Position numbers and translations under genes: made by a program
Assembly (NCBI GenBank): GCA_905478555.1
Contig: CAJQIZ010000029.1
Location: 11,221 to 75,220, forward strand
DNA length: 64,000 nucleotides
Reading direction: 5' to 3'
Source: an uncultured Flavobacteriales bacterium
Lineage (GTDB): Bacteria; Bacteroidota; Bacteroidia; Flavobacteriales; BACL11
Notes under the pieces: generated by a model
What the model saw: only the letters and a program-made list of their open reading frames with translations
Database searches by the model: none
Told to the model about the DNA's origin: nothing
Shown here: positions 28,901 to 38,647 of the stretch, piece after piece
Numbering within the stretch: position 1 is the first letter of the stretch
Layout of the letters: each line of letters opens with the position of its first letter

Positions 28901-30702
28901 AAACTCCAGAAGAAATAAAAGAAATTATAAAGGGCCTCCCTCAAAAGGCAGGAGTGTATCAGTATTTTGATAAGGAGGAAAAAATACTTTATGTTGGTAA
29001 AGCGAAAAACTTAAAAAAAAGAGTTTCTTCTTATTTTACTAAAAAGCACGAACATGCAAAAACAAAGATGATGGTCTCCAAAATTAGGGATATTAAATAC
29101 TTTGTGGTTCCTACTGAAATGGATGCTCTTTTATTAGAGAATAACCTTATAAAAAAATACCAGCCTAAATATAATATTATGTTAAAGGATGATAAAACAT
29201 ATCCTTTTATATGTGTAAAAAACGAATCTTTTTCACGGGTATTTTCTACTAGAAAAGTAGTGAAAGATGGATCTACTTATTTTGGGCCTTATACTTCAGT
29301 TAGATTAGTTAGAACTCTAATAGAATTTATTCATCAATTGTATCCTTTACGGACTTGTAGTTTGAATTTGAATGAAGAAAATATTGAAAAGAAGAAGTTT
29401 AAATTGTGTTTAGAGTATCATATCGGAAATTGTTTAGCTCCATGTGAAGGATTTCAGTCTGAGGAGAGTTATGAAATTGGAATAAAACATATAAAACAAA
29501 TTCTTAAAGGAGATATAAAATCGGTCACTTCAATTTTAAACGATAGAATGATATATTATTCAGAAAATCTAGAATTTGAAAAGGCACAATCTGTAAAGGA
29601 AAAGTTAAATTTATTAGAAAATTATCAATCAAAATCTACTATTGTAAATACTAAAATTAATAATGTAGATGTTTTTACTATTGTTTCAGATGAAAATTCT
29701 GCTTTTGTAAATTATCTTAAAATTTCTAGTGGTGCTATTATACAAACCCATACTATAGAATTGAAAAAGAAGTTGGAAGAAACAGATGAACAACTTTTGG
29801 TATATGCTATTACCGAACTCCGTCAACGATTTAATTCTGTTTCTAAAGAGATTTACTCCTCGCTTATGTTAGAGGATTTATGGGAAGGTGCAAAGATTTT
29901 ACTTCCTAAGATAGGAGATAAATACAAACTGATAGAACTATCCAAAAGAAATGCAAAATACATGCAATTTGATAAGATTAAAAAGAAAGATGCGTTAAAA
30001 GCAAAGTCCTCTGATAAACGAATTGTAAATAAGTTACAAGTAGATTTAAACTTGAAAGAAAAACCAAGACATATCGAATGTTTTGACAATTCTAATTTTC
30101 AGGGATCAAATGCGGTAGCGGCTTGTGTAGTATTTAAAAATGCAAAACCTTCTAAGAAAGATTATCGTAATTTTAATATTAAAACAGTAGTTGGTCCTGA
30201 TGATTTTAAATCTATGGAAGAAGTAGTTTATAGAAGATATAAAAGACTATTAGAAGAGAAAGAAAGTTTACCACAACTTATTGTGATTGATGGTGGCAAG
30301 GGACAACTTTCTTCAGCTGCTAAGAGTTTAGATAAACTTGGTTTAATTGGAAAAATTGAGATAATTGGTATAGCAAAAAAATTAGAGGAAATTTTCTTCT
30401 TGGGGGATCCTATTCCTATATATCTTGATAAAAGATCGGAAAGTTTAAAGTTAATACAACAATTGAGAAATGAAGCACACCGATTTGGTATTACGCACCA
30501 CCGAAATAAAAGAAGTAAAAATACATTTACTACTTCCTTAAACGAAATAGAAGGTTTAGGTGAGAAATCCATTGAAAAGCTTATTTCTCATTTTGGTAGT
30601 GTAAAGAAAATAAAAGAAGCTAAAAAAGAAGAACTTATTTCTTTGGTTGGAGAAAGTAAGTATTATAAAATAATATTATCTTTGAATAAAAATAAGTCAT
30701 GA
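28897..30702 (+). CDS. uvrC: Excinuclease ABC subunit C
   Basis: N-terminal GIY-YIG (GVYQYF...ILYVGKAKNLKKR), a central UVR region and a C-terminal HhH. Confidence 0.95.
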   Translation: MKTPEEIKEIIKGLPQKAGVYQYFDKEEKILYVGKAKNLKKRVSSYFTKKHEHAKTKMMVSKIRDIKYFVVPTEMDALLLENNLIKKYQPKYNIMLKDDKTYPFICVKNESFSRVFSTRKVVKDGSTYFGPYTSVRLVRTLIEFIHQLYPLRTCSLNLNEENIEKKKFKLCLEYHIGNCLAPCEGFQSEESYEIGIKHIKQILKGDIKSVTSILNDRMIYYSENLEFEKAQSVKEKLNLLENYQSKSTIVNTKINNVDVFTIVSDENSAFVNYLKISSGAIIQTHTIELKKKLEETDEQLLVYAITELRQRFNSVSKEIYSSLMLEDLWEGAKILLPKIGDKYKLIELSKRNAKYMQFDKIKKKDALKAKSSDKRIVNKLQVDLNLKEKPRHIECFDNSNFQGSNAVAACVVFKNAKPSKKDYRNFNIKTVVGPDDFKSMEEVVYRRYKRLLEEKESLPQLIVIDGGKGQLSSAAKSLDKLGLIGKIEIIGIAKKLEEIFFLGDPIPIYLDKRSESLKLIQQLRNEAHRFGITHHRNKRSKNTFTTSLNEIEGLGEKSIEKLISHFGSVKKIKEAKKEELISLVGESKYYKIILSLNKNKS

Positions 30703-33700
30703 AAAAAATAATCCTTTTTAGCTTACTAATCCCTCAATTTTTATTTTCTCAGAATTGGGTAGATGACATGCTAAATCCAGAAAATAATTTTTATGAAACA
30801 CAAAAAGAGTTTAACGATTATTGGGAAAATAAAACTATCGAAAAAGGAAAAGGTTGGAAGCAGTTTAAGCGTTGGGAAAACTTTATAGAACAAAGAGTTT
30901 TTCCTGATGGAATACAGCATCCTGAAATATTATTTGAAGAAGCTACAAGATTACAGAATTCTTCTTCTATGATGCCACCAAATATTTGGACTCAAGTAGG
31001 TCCTGATAATGTGCCTTTATATGGTACTGGCCAAAAAAGAGGAATTGGTAGAGTAAATACTATTGCTTTTCATCCTACCAATCCTAATAAAATTTATGTT
31101 GGTGCACCAGCTGGTGGGTTTTGGAAATCAGATAATGGTGGGCAAACTTGGACTACAACTACTGATTTTATTACTAATTTAGGAGTTTCAGATATTGCAA
31201 TAAATCCTAATAATCCAAATGAAATATTTATTATTACGGGAGATAGAGATGGGGGTGATACTTACTGCTACGGACTTATGAAATCAACTGATGGAGGTAA
31301 TACTTTTAATACTACTGGTCTTTCTTTTAATATAACTAACTATTATAGAGGTAACAGAGTGTTGATGGATCCGAATAATACCAATGTAATAATTGTTGCT
31401 ACATCTAATGGTATTTATCGTTCTTATGATGGTGGTGATAATTTTTCTTTAACTTATTCGAATATTAATATGACGGATATTGAATTTCATACTACAAATT
31501 CAAACATAATTTATGGTGCTTCAAAAGGAAATACCTCTATATATAAATCTACTGATAATGGAATAAATTGGTCTCAAAGTGGAACAGGATTACCTTCTAC
31601 TTCTTCAGTGGTAAGGGCTTGCGTATCGGTTACTCCCGATAATCCTTCTGTAGTATATGCTCTTTTTGGAGACAATAATAATGGATATTATGGAGTTTAT
31701 AAATCTACGAATGAAGGTGTAAGTTGGGCACAACAATCTAACTCACCTAATTTATTGGGGTGGTCTACAACAGGTTCCGATTCAGATGGGCAAGCCTGGT
31801 ACGATTTAGCTTTTGCATGTGATCCAAATGATGAAGAAATACTTTTTGTAGGAGGAGTGAATTGTTGGAAATCAACTGATGGAGGTCAGAATTGGAGTTT
31901 AAATACACATTGGACAGGTAGTGGTGGTGCAGATTATATGCATGCAGACGAACATATGTTAAAATACAATCCCTTAAACGATTATATTTACTCTGCTAAT
32001 GATGGAGGATTGTATACCTCTACTGATAATGGAAATAATTGGACAGATATTTCGGATGGTTTGCATATTACCCAAATGTACTCTTTAGGTGTTTCTCAAA
32101 CGGTACAAGATTTGGTGTTAACTGGAAATCAGGATAATGGTACTTTTCTGAAGAATGGAAATACTTGGGATGCTGTAATTGGAGGTGACGGTATGGAATG
32201 TATTATTGACCCGACAAACTCTAATGTAATGTACGGAGAAATATATTATGGAAGTATCCGGAAATCTACAAATGGAGGGAATAGTTTCTCAACGATTTCT
32301 ACTGGTAATGGAGCATGGGAAACTCCTTATATTTTAGATAGAAATGATCCGAATATTATATATGTAGGATATGATGAATTAGAAAAATCAACTGATGGAG
32401 GTAATAATTGGAATACAATAACAAACAATGAAACTAATGGAGGTAAGATTGATGAGATTGCAGTTTCAAAATCAAATCCTGCAGTTTTGTATTTTTCTGA
32501 CGGTCCAAATTTATATACAACTACAAATGGAGGAACTATTTGGAATAATATAAGTAACGGATTACCTTATAAAACAATTAAATATATTGCAATACATCCT
32601 GCTAATCCAGATAAAGTTTGGGTTACTTTTTCAGGTTATACTGCAGGAGAGAAGGTGTATAAATCTACAAATGGTGGAAGTAGTTGGCAAAATATTTCTG
32701 GTACACTTCTAAACATACCTGTAAATACTATTGTGTTAGATGAAACCAGTAATTTGGAAACTCTTTATATTGGTACGGATTTAGGTGTATTTACTATAGA
32801 TTCAACAGTATCAGATTGGTCTAATTTTAACTATGCTACTTTGCCTAATGTTGTAGTTACAGAATTAGAAATTCAGTATCAAACAAATAAATTATTAGCA
32901 TCTACATTTGGTAGAGGACTGTGGAGTATCGATTTGCAAATTACCTCTCCTCCTTCTGCAAGTTTCTTTGCTTCCGATTCTATATTTTGTAATATTCCAG
33001 CAACAGTTATATTCACTAATACCTCTTTTTATTCTAGTTCTTATTACTGGGATTTTGGTGATGGAAATACAAGTACATCAACAAGTCCTACACATACTTA
33101 CTCTAATTACGGAACCTTTACTGTAAGTTTAATTGCTACGGGTCCTTTAGGAGTGGATAGTGTTATATCACAATCTTTAATTGATGTAAATGTAAACAAT
33201 CCTTGTATTGTTACTCTTCCTGCAAGTGGGTCGGCACTTACTCAAACTGCATGTGTAGGTACTTTATATGATGTAGGTGGTCCTAGTTCTAACTATTATG
33301 ATGCAAATGATAGTTGGATAACTATTGAGCCTGTGGGTAGTAACCAGATTACTTTAAATTTCACAGATTTTGATGTAGAAGCACCTTCTTCCTCTACCAA
33401 TTGTAATTGGGATTATTTAGAGATATTTGATGGAAATTCTACTTCTGCCACTTCATTAGGTCAGTATTGTAATACGTTAACTGGTAGCCCTGGAACTGTT
33501 ACTTCTTCTGCTGGAGCAATTACTATTTTATTACATTCTGATGCTGCTGTAAATGGAAGAGGTTTTGAATTGAATTGGAGTTGTACTTACCCAATGGCTG
33601 CCCCTGTAACTTCTTTTGTAGCTTCTGATACAGTAAGTTGTAATGGAACCATTAATTTTACAGATAACTCCTCTAATGGACCTACAAGTTGGCTGTGGGA

Positions 33701-35633
33701 TTTTGGAGATGGAATTACCTCTACATTACAAAATCCAAGCCATACTTATATAAATGGAGGAATTTATACTGTAGGTTTAACTACTTTAAATCAGTATGGT
33801 AGTAATAACTATACAGAAATCAACTATATTAATATTATGAATATGAATTTACAGTTACAAGAGGACTCTGCTTGTGGTGCTACAAGTTTGCTTTTAAGTT
33901 CAAATTCAGTAACTAATAATGTAAAATGGTATTCGGATGTAAACGGAAACAACTTAGTTGGCACAGGATCTACTTTTACTACCCCTTTGATTAATAGTAC
34001 TACTACTTATTATGCTCAGTCCGAAATGAGTTTTAATGCGGTATATGAAGGTCCAACTGATAATACATTTGCTGCTGGAGGGGCTTATCAGGGTAACAGA
34101 TATTTAATTTTTGATAATTATGTACCTTCTACTTTAGTTTCGGTATTAGTTTATGCATATTCTTCAGGCAATAGAACTATAGAATTAAGAAATAGTAGTA
34201 ATGCACTTATAAAAGATACTACGGTATTTATTCCTTCTTCTATAACAAATGGATATAGAGTAAATTTATATTTTGATTTACCAGTACAGAATAATTTACA
34301 CTTAGGTGTTAATGGAAGTAATACAGATTTGTTTAGAAATTCATCAGGAGCTGTATTTCCGTATAATGTGTCTAACATTGTTTCTATTACAGCTACTAAT
34401 TCTTCTGCAGGATATTATTATTTCTTTTATGATTGGGAAATTATAAAGGATCCTTGTTCTTCTAATTTACATCCTGTACAGGCTATTATTCATCAGGAAT
34501 ATAGCAGTAGTCAAAATATAGATTTATGTAATGGAGGAAGTGTTGTAGTGGGTAATAGTACTTATACTACAACTGGAAACTACACAGACATGTTCCAAAC
34601 TTCTGCAGGATGTGATAGTATTGTCAATACAAATTTAACTATAGGTAACTCAACAGTTTCTAATAGCAATATAAATATTTGTAGTGGGGGTTATTATATT
34701 GTAGGAGCTAGTGTTTATACTCAGAGTGGTACTTATTCGGATACCTTGCAAAACGGATTATGTGATAGTATAATTAACACTAATCTGACGGTAAATAACC
34801 AGATAACAAATAATCAAAATTTCAGTATTTGTAGTGGAGATAGTGTATATGTTTCTGGACTATATTATAGTAATACAGGAGTAATTTACGATACTTTATC
34901 ATCTGTTTCTGGATGTGATAGTATTATAATTAGTCAAATTTTGGTTCTACAGAGTTCCGTATTTACTAACCCTCAATCTCTTTGTTCTGGAGAAACTTAT
35001 GTTATAAATAACAATAGCTATAATCTTACTGGTAATTACATTGATATTTTACAAAATACAAATGGATGCGATAGTATTATAAATACTATTCTTACTGTTT
35101 TTCCTATTAATACTATAAATAATAATGTAAAGCTTTGTAACGGAGATAGTGTAATCGTAGGTAATAGTATTTATATTTCTGATGGAGGGTTTACAGATAC
35201 TTTAACTAATAATTTTGGATGTGATAGTATTATAAATACTTTTATAGCTATCTCTGATTTGGATGCTCAGTTATTGTTAAACGGAACTGATATTGATGCC
35301 TTTGCTGTAAATGGTGTTTCTCCTTTTACTTATGATGTGTTTGGACCTACTGGTTTATTATCTTCTTCACAAAATAGTGGGGGAGTACTACAGTTTACTC
35401 CCTTATTAAATGGTGTTTATTATTTCATTGTAACCGATAATTTAGATTGTGTTTCGGATACTGCGTTTCTGTTTGTTGATTTTGCAGCAAATGCTTTAGA
35501 AGATATTATTAACCTTTCAGAGATAGAGAAAATAGTTGATGTATTAGGTAGAGAGGTTCCTTTCCGTAAAAATACTTTACTATTATTTATTTATAAAGAC
35601 GGAACTATAGAAAGAAGAATTGTTTTTGAGTAA
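30699..35633 (+). CDS. Giant secreted multidomain surface protein: BNR/VPS10-like propellers, PKD-CUB-PKD, Cys-bounded repeats, T9SS-like C-terminal tail
   Basis: Signal peptide MKKIILFSLLIPQFLFSQ. About 11 S-x-D/N-G-G-x-[TNS]-[WF] BNR-type motifs lie between about 30985 and 32940. PKD motifs WDFGDGxxS...HxY occur at about 32950-33190 and about 33600-33840. A CUB-like segment at 33204..33584 reads C..GTLYDVGGPSSNYYDANDSWITIEP...ITLNFTDFDVE...CNWDYLEIFDG...LGQYC...ITILLHSDAAVNGRGFELNWSC. Five repeats of about 51 aa follow at 34518..35254. The tail reads ...VDVLGREVPFRKNTLLLFIYKDGTIERRIVFE. Confidence 0.85.
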   Translation: MKKIILFSLLIPQFLFSQNWVDDMLNPENNFYETQKEFNDYWENKTIEKGKGWKQFKRWENFIEQRVFPDGIQHPEILFEEATRLQNSSSMMPPNIWTQVGPDNVPLYGTGQKRGIGRVNTIAFHPTNPNKIYVGAPAGGFWKSDNGGQTWTTTTDFITNLGVSDIAINPNNPNEIFIITGDRDGGDTYCYGLMKSTDGGNTFNTTGLSFNITNYYRGNRVLMDPNNTNVIIVATSNGIYRSYDGGDNFSLTYSNINMTDIEFHTTNSNIIYGASKGNTSIYKSTDNGINWSQSGTGLPSTSSVVRACVSVTPDNPSVVYALFGDNNNGYYGVYKSTNEGVSWAQQSNSPNLLGWSTTGSDSDGQAWYDLAFACDPNDEEILFVGGVNCWKSTDGGQNWSLNTHWTGSGGADYMHADEHMLKYNPLNDYIYSANDGGLYTSTDNGNNWTDISDGLHITQMYSLGVSQTVQDLVLTGNQDNGTFLKNGNTWDAVIGGDGMECIIDPTNSNVMYGEIYYGSIRKSTNGGNSFSTISTGNGAWETPYILDRNDPNIIYVGYDELEKSTDGGNNWNTITNNETNGGKIDEIAVSKSNPAVLYFSDGPNLYTTTNGGTIWNNISNGLPYKTIKYIAIHPANPDKVWVTFSGYTAGEKVYKSTNGGSSWQNISGTLLNIPVNTIVLDETSNLETLYIGTDLGVFTIDSTVSDWSNFNYATLPNVVVTELEIQYQTNKLLASTFGRGLWSIDLQITSPPSASFFASDSIFCNIPATVIFTNTSFYSSSYYWDFGDGNTSTSTSPTHTYSNYGTFTVSLIATGPLGVDSVISQSLIDVNVNNPCIVTLPASGSALTQTACVGTLYDVGGPSSNYYDANDSWITIEPVGSNQITLNFTDFDVEAPSSSTNCNWDYLEIFDGNSTSATSLGQYCNTLTGSPGTVTSSAGAITILLHSDAAVNGRGFELNWSCTYPMAAPVTSFVASDTVSCNGTINFTDNSSNGPTSWLWDFGDGITSTLQNPSHTYINGGIYTVGLTTLNQYGSNNYTEINYINIMNMNLQLQEDSACGATSLLLSSNSVTNNVKWYSDVNGNNLVGTGSTFTTPLINSTTTYYAQSEMSFNAVYEGPTDNTFAAGGAYQGNRYLIFDNYVPSTLVSVLVYAYSSGNRTIELRNSSNALIKDTTVFIPSSITNGYRVNLYFDLPVQNNLHLGVNGSNTDLFRNSSGAVFPYNVSNIVSITATNSSAGYYYFFYDWEIIKDPCSSNLHPVQAIIHQEYSSSQNIDLCNGGSVVVGNSTYTTTGNYTDMFQTSAGCDSIVNTNLTIGNSTVSNSNINICSGGYYIVGASVYTQSGTYSDTLQNGLCDSIINTNLTVNNQITNNQNFSICSGDSVYVSGLYYSNTGVIYDTLSSVSGCDSIIISQILVLQSSVFTNPQSLCSGETYVINNNSYNLTGNYIDILQNTNGCDSIINTILTVFPINTINNNVKLCNGDSVIVGNSIYISDGGFTDTLTNNFGCDSIINTFIAISDLDAQLLLNGTDIDAFAVNGVSPFTYDVFGPTGLLSSSQNSGGVLQFTPLLNGVYYFIVTDNLDCVSDTAFLFVDFAANALEDIINLSEIEKIVDVLGREVPFRKNTLLLFIYKDGTIERRIVFE
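34518..35254 (+). repeat. Five in-frame tandem repeats (about 150-153 nt each) encoding Cys-bounded modules
   Basis: Repeat starts at about 34518, 34671, 34821, 34974 and 35127. Peptide consensus: C-x-G-[DG]-S-x-x-V-G-x-S-x-Y-x-x-x-G-x-Y-x-D-x-L-x-x-x-x-GCDSI-I-N-T-x-L-T-V. Confidence 0.85.
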
Positions 35634-35779
35634 GTTATTTAAACCAACAACTAATTTTTTCTAAATTCTTTTTTTATTTCTCGTGGTAAGTAACACTAAT
35701 TAATGTCCTACCGTTTGAATCTGTGTGGTGAATAGAAGTAACTGTAGAACCCTCTCTATCTATTTTCTGTCATTTTTTT

Positions 35780-38647
35780 TTATTCAATTATAATTTCATC
35801 TGCAAATAACCAAGTCTTACCTCCTGAACCCAAATGCCATTCGGGACAAAACCCATAGTTTATTGCTTTTATTTTTATATGTTTAGTTTTAAAACCTTTT
35901 TCAAAAGTAAAATCCTTTGTAAAAGTACCTTCTTTATCATCTGGAAAAGTATTGCTCAAAGTCACCAAATTACTGTAAGTTTCTCCATCCTCTGAAATGA
36001 ATATTTTAATTTCTTTAGGAAAGAAAATCCAAGAACGAATTTCTTGTAAAAAACCAATACTAAAAAAAGAAACCTCTTTTATTTTTCCTAAATCAATATC
36101 TGCAATAAGGTCACCTCTATAACCTTGCCAATTCCCTGTTCTGTAATTATCCCCTCCTCTCAAATGGTCAATTAAGGTCTTGTCTCCATCTGCAGAATAT
36201 TGGTTGGCATATTCACTAATTAATTGGATAGTCTTACTATTATCAATCTTAAAATAATCGGCACTTACCATTTTACTCTTAATCCCATTTTTTATACAGA
36301 TTGCTTTTAAAGTTGTATAATCTGAAATTAAAATAGGGGAGTTATATTCTTCAGAATTTGTATTTGGTTTACTTCCATCAGTTGTAAAATAGATAGTTGT
36401 ATTTTCTGCAGAACCAATTTCAATTTTCAACTGGTTAGTAAATGTTTGACTTTCAGAAATAAAATAAGGTACAGCCGTAATGATGTTGTCTTTAATTTCT
36501 GAGATTGGAATTTCCGTACTTCCCCAATCAGAAGGAGTTTTTCCCATTTCAAAAATAATTTTTCCACCATTTGTTATCTCAGAATGTGTTATATATGGTT
36601 TATTGTATTCTTCTCCATTTAAAGTAGCGGATTGTATATAGAAGTTTTTGTCAGAAACATTATTTGCTTTAATTTCAAAAGTATTTCCATTTTCTAAATT
36701 GATGATTGATTTTTTAAAAAGTGGAGTTCCAATGCTGTAATAATCTAATCCTGGCGTTACCGAATAAAACCCTAAAGAACTCAAAACATACCAAGCGGAC
36801 ATCTGTCCACAATCCTCATTTCCTGAAAGTCCATCTGGAAGATTTGAATATTGTTCCTCTAATATTTGCTTTACATATTTTTGGGTTTTAGCAGCTTTCC
36901 CAATATAGTTGTATAAATAAGCCATGTGGTGTGAAGGCTCGTTTCCATGAGCGTATTGTCCAATTAATCCAGTGATATCAACCTGTTCTCTTCCTGAAGT
37001 TTCCATAGAAGCAGTAAACATATTATCCAAATGAGTTTCGTAATTTTTATTCCCTTCCATTAATTGTATATGTCCTGAAATATCTTGCGGAACAAATAAA
37101 GAATATTGCCAAGCATTTGCTTCTGTATAATTAAAATTAACTTCTTCTGGCTTGAAAGGTGAAAACCAAGAAAAGGAATTCTTTGCTCGGAAGAAATTTG
37201 TTGAAGGATCAAATAAGTTTTTATAATTCTGTGCTCTTTCATAGAAAATAGACGCAACAGAATCATTCCCTATCCTTTTTGCAAACTCTGCAATACACCA
37301 ATCGTCATAGGCATATTCTAATGTTTTGGAAACTGATTCTGGCTCGTCAGATGCAGAGATAAATCCGTTTTCTTTATACTGTTTTAAACCCAAATGATTC
37401 TGATTAGCAGAATGAACCATAGCTTCCAATGCCAATTTCGTGTCAAAATTGCTTATTCCTTTTACATAAGCATCTACAATTACAGGAATAGAATGGTATC
37501 CAATCATGCATCCTGTATAGTTAGCGGCAAGTTCCCAAACTGGAAGCTGACCTCCATCTTGGTATTGCCGAATAAAAGTTTTGATAAATTCCAATGTTTT
37601 TTCTTGTTGAATAAGCGTAAAAAGTGGGTGAGTAGCTCGGAAGGTATCCCAAAGTGAAAAGATAGTATATTGTTTTTCTGTTGTATTATGTGCCTTTAAA
37701 TCCATTCCTAAATAATCCCCATTTACATCCGAAAATAAATTTGGGTTTAATAGTGAATGATATAATGAAGTGTAGAAAATTTCTTTTTTAGTTTCATTTT
37801 CAGTTTCAATCTGTATTTTTCCTAATTCTTCTTCCCATTGTTTAGTTGTTCCTTCAAGGGTTTTGTGGAAATCCCAGTGAGAAATTTCAGTTTCTAAATT
37901 TTCTTTTGCATTTTTGATACTTACTGCCGAAATCCCAACTTTTACTAAAAGAGGATTTTCTATCTCTCCAAATTTAAATCCTGCCACTAAACTATCTTCT
38001 CTGTATATAACTTCTGAAATGTCTTCTGAAAGTTGAATATAAAAATATAATCTTTGATCTTCTGCCCAATTAGAGGAGTGTCGCCATCCCTTTATACTAT
38101 TATTGTTTACTAATTCAATATTAGAGGAAGTTAATCTGTCTCTATGTTCTAAATCTAAAATAAGCTGAGCTTCTTTGTCAGAATTATAGGTGTATTTGTG
38201 AAACCCTGATCTTTTACTGACCGTTAGTTCTACATCAATATTATAATCTTCTAAGTTCACAGAATAATATCCTGCTTTAGCAGTTTCGTTATTGTGAGAG
38301 AACTTGGATTTATAACCTTTTTTCACATCTGAACCATTTATTAAAAGTAACTCTCCAGTTGTTGGTATCAATAAAATATCTCCATAATCGGAAACGCCCG
38401 TGCCACTAAGATGAGTATGAGAAAAACCATAAATTTCATCATCCGAATAATGGTATCCACCACAACCATCCCAACCCTCCAACCTTGTGTCAGGACTGAG
38501 TTGCATCATCCCAAATGGGGAAGACACTCCAGGATAAGTATGACCGTGACCTCCCGTTCCAATAAAAGGATTTACATAATCAGTAAGTAATTTTTCTTCT
38601 GTACTACAGGACATTAGTAGTCCTAAACTGAATATTAAATATCTCAT
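35780..38647 (-). CDS. GH92-family alpha-mannosidase with C-terminal Fn3-assoc/chitobiase-like and F5/8 type C (discoidin) modules
   Basis: Lipobox LLMSC. The N-terminal signature NPFIGTGGHGHTYPGVSSPFGMMQLSPDT is typical of GH92. The C-terminal segment ...NWQGYRG-DLIADIDLGKIKEVSFFSIGFLQ... is discoidin-like. Confidence 0.9.
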   Translation of the reverse strand: MRYLIFSLGLLMSCSTEEKLLTDYVNPFIGTGGHGHTYPGVSSPFGMMQLSPDTRLEGWDGCGGYHYSDDEIYGFSHTHLSGTGVSDYGDILLIPTTGELLLINGSDVKKGYKSKFSHNNETAKAGYYSVNLEDYNIDVELTVSKRSGFHKYTYNSDKEAQLILDLEHRDRLTSSNIELVNNNSIKGWRHSSNWAEDQRLYFYIQLSEDISEVIYREDSLVAGFKFGEIENPLLVKVGISAVSIKNAKENLETEISHWDFHKTLEGTTKQWEEELGKIQIETENETKKEIFYTSLYHSLLNPNLFSDVNGDYLGMDLKAHNTTEKQYTIFSLWDTFRATHPLFTLIQQEKTLEFIKTFIRQYQDGGQLPVWELAANYTGCMIGYHSIPVIVDAYVKGISNFDTKLALEAMVHSANQNHLGLKQYKENGFISASDEPESVSKTLEYAYDDWCIAEFAKRIGNDSVASIFYERAQNYKNLFDPSTNFFRAKNSFSWFSPFKPEEVNFNYTEANAWQYSLFVPQDISGHIQLMEGNKNYETHLDNMFTASMETSGREQVDITGLIGQYAHGNEPSHHMAYLYNYIGKAAKTQKYVKQILEEQYSNLPDGLSGNEDCGQMSAWYVLSSLGFYSVTPGLDYYSIGTPLFKKSIINLENGNTFEIKANNVSDKNFYIQSATLNGEEYNKPYITHSEITNGGKIIFEMGKTPSDWGSTEIPISEIKDNIITAVPYFISESQTFTNQLKIEIGSAENTTIYFTTDGSKPNTNSEEYNSPILISDYTTLKAICIKNGIKSKMVSADYFKIDNSKTIQLISEYANQYSADGDKTLIDHLRGGDNYRTGNWQGYRGDLIADIDLGKIKEVSFFSIGFLQEIRSWIFFPKEIKIFISEDGETYSNLVTLSNTFPDDKEGTFTKDFTFEKGFKTKHIKIKAINYGFCPEWHLGSGGKTWLFADEIIIE

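Noticed and set aside
32908-34378. Alternative-frame ORFs 32908..33126 (+) and 34151..34378 (-) within the giant surface-protein gene.
   Set aside because: They are embedded in a continuous 1644-codon frame with clear domain motifs, so they are frame artefacts.
37060-37657. ORFs 37060..37266 (-) and 37394..37657 (+) inside the GH92 gene, and 39314..39556 (+) inside the glycosylasparaginase gene.
   Set aside because: They are off-frame or antisense to enzymes with clear catalytic motifs.
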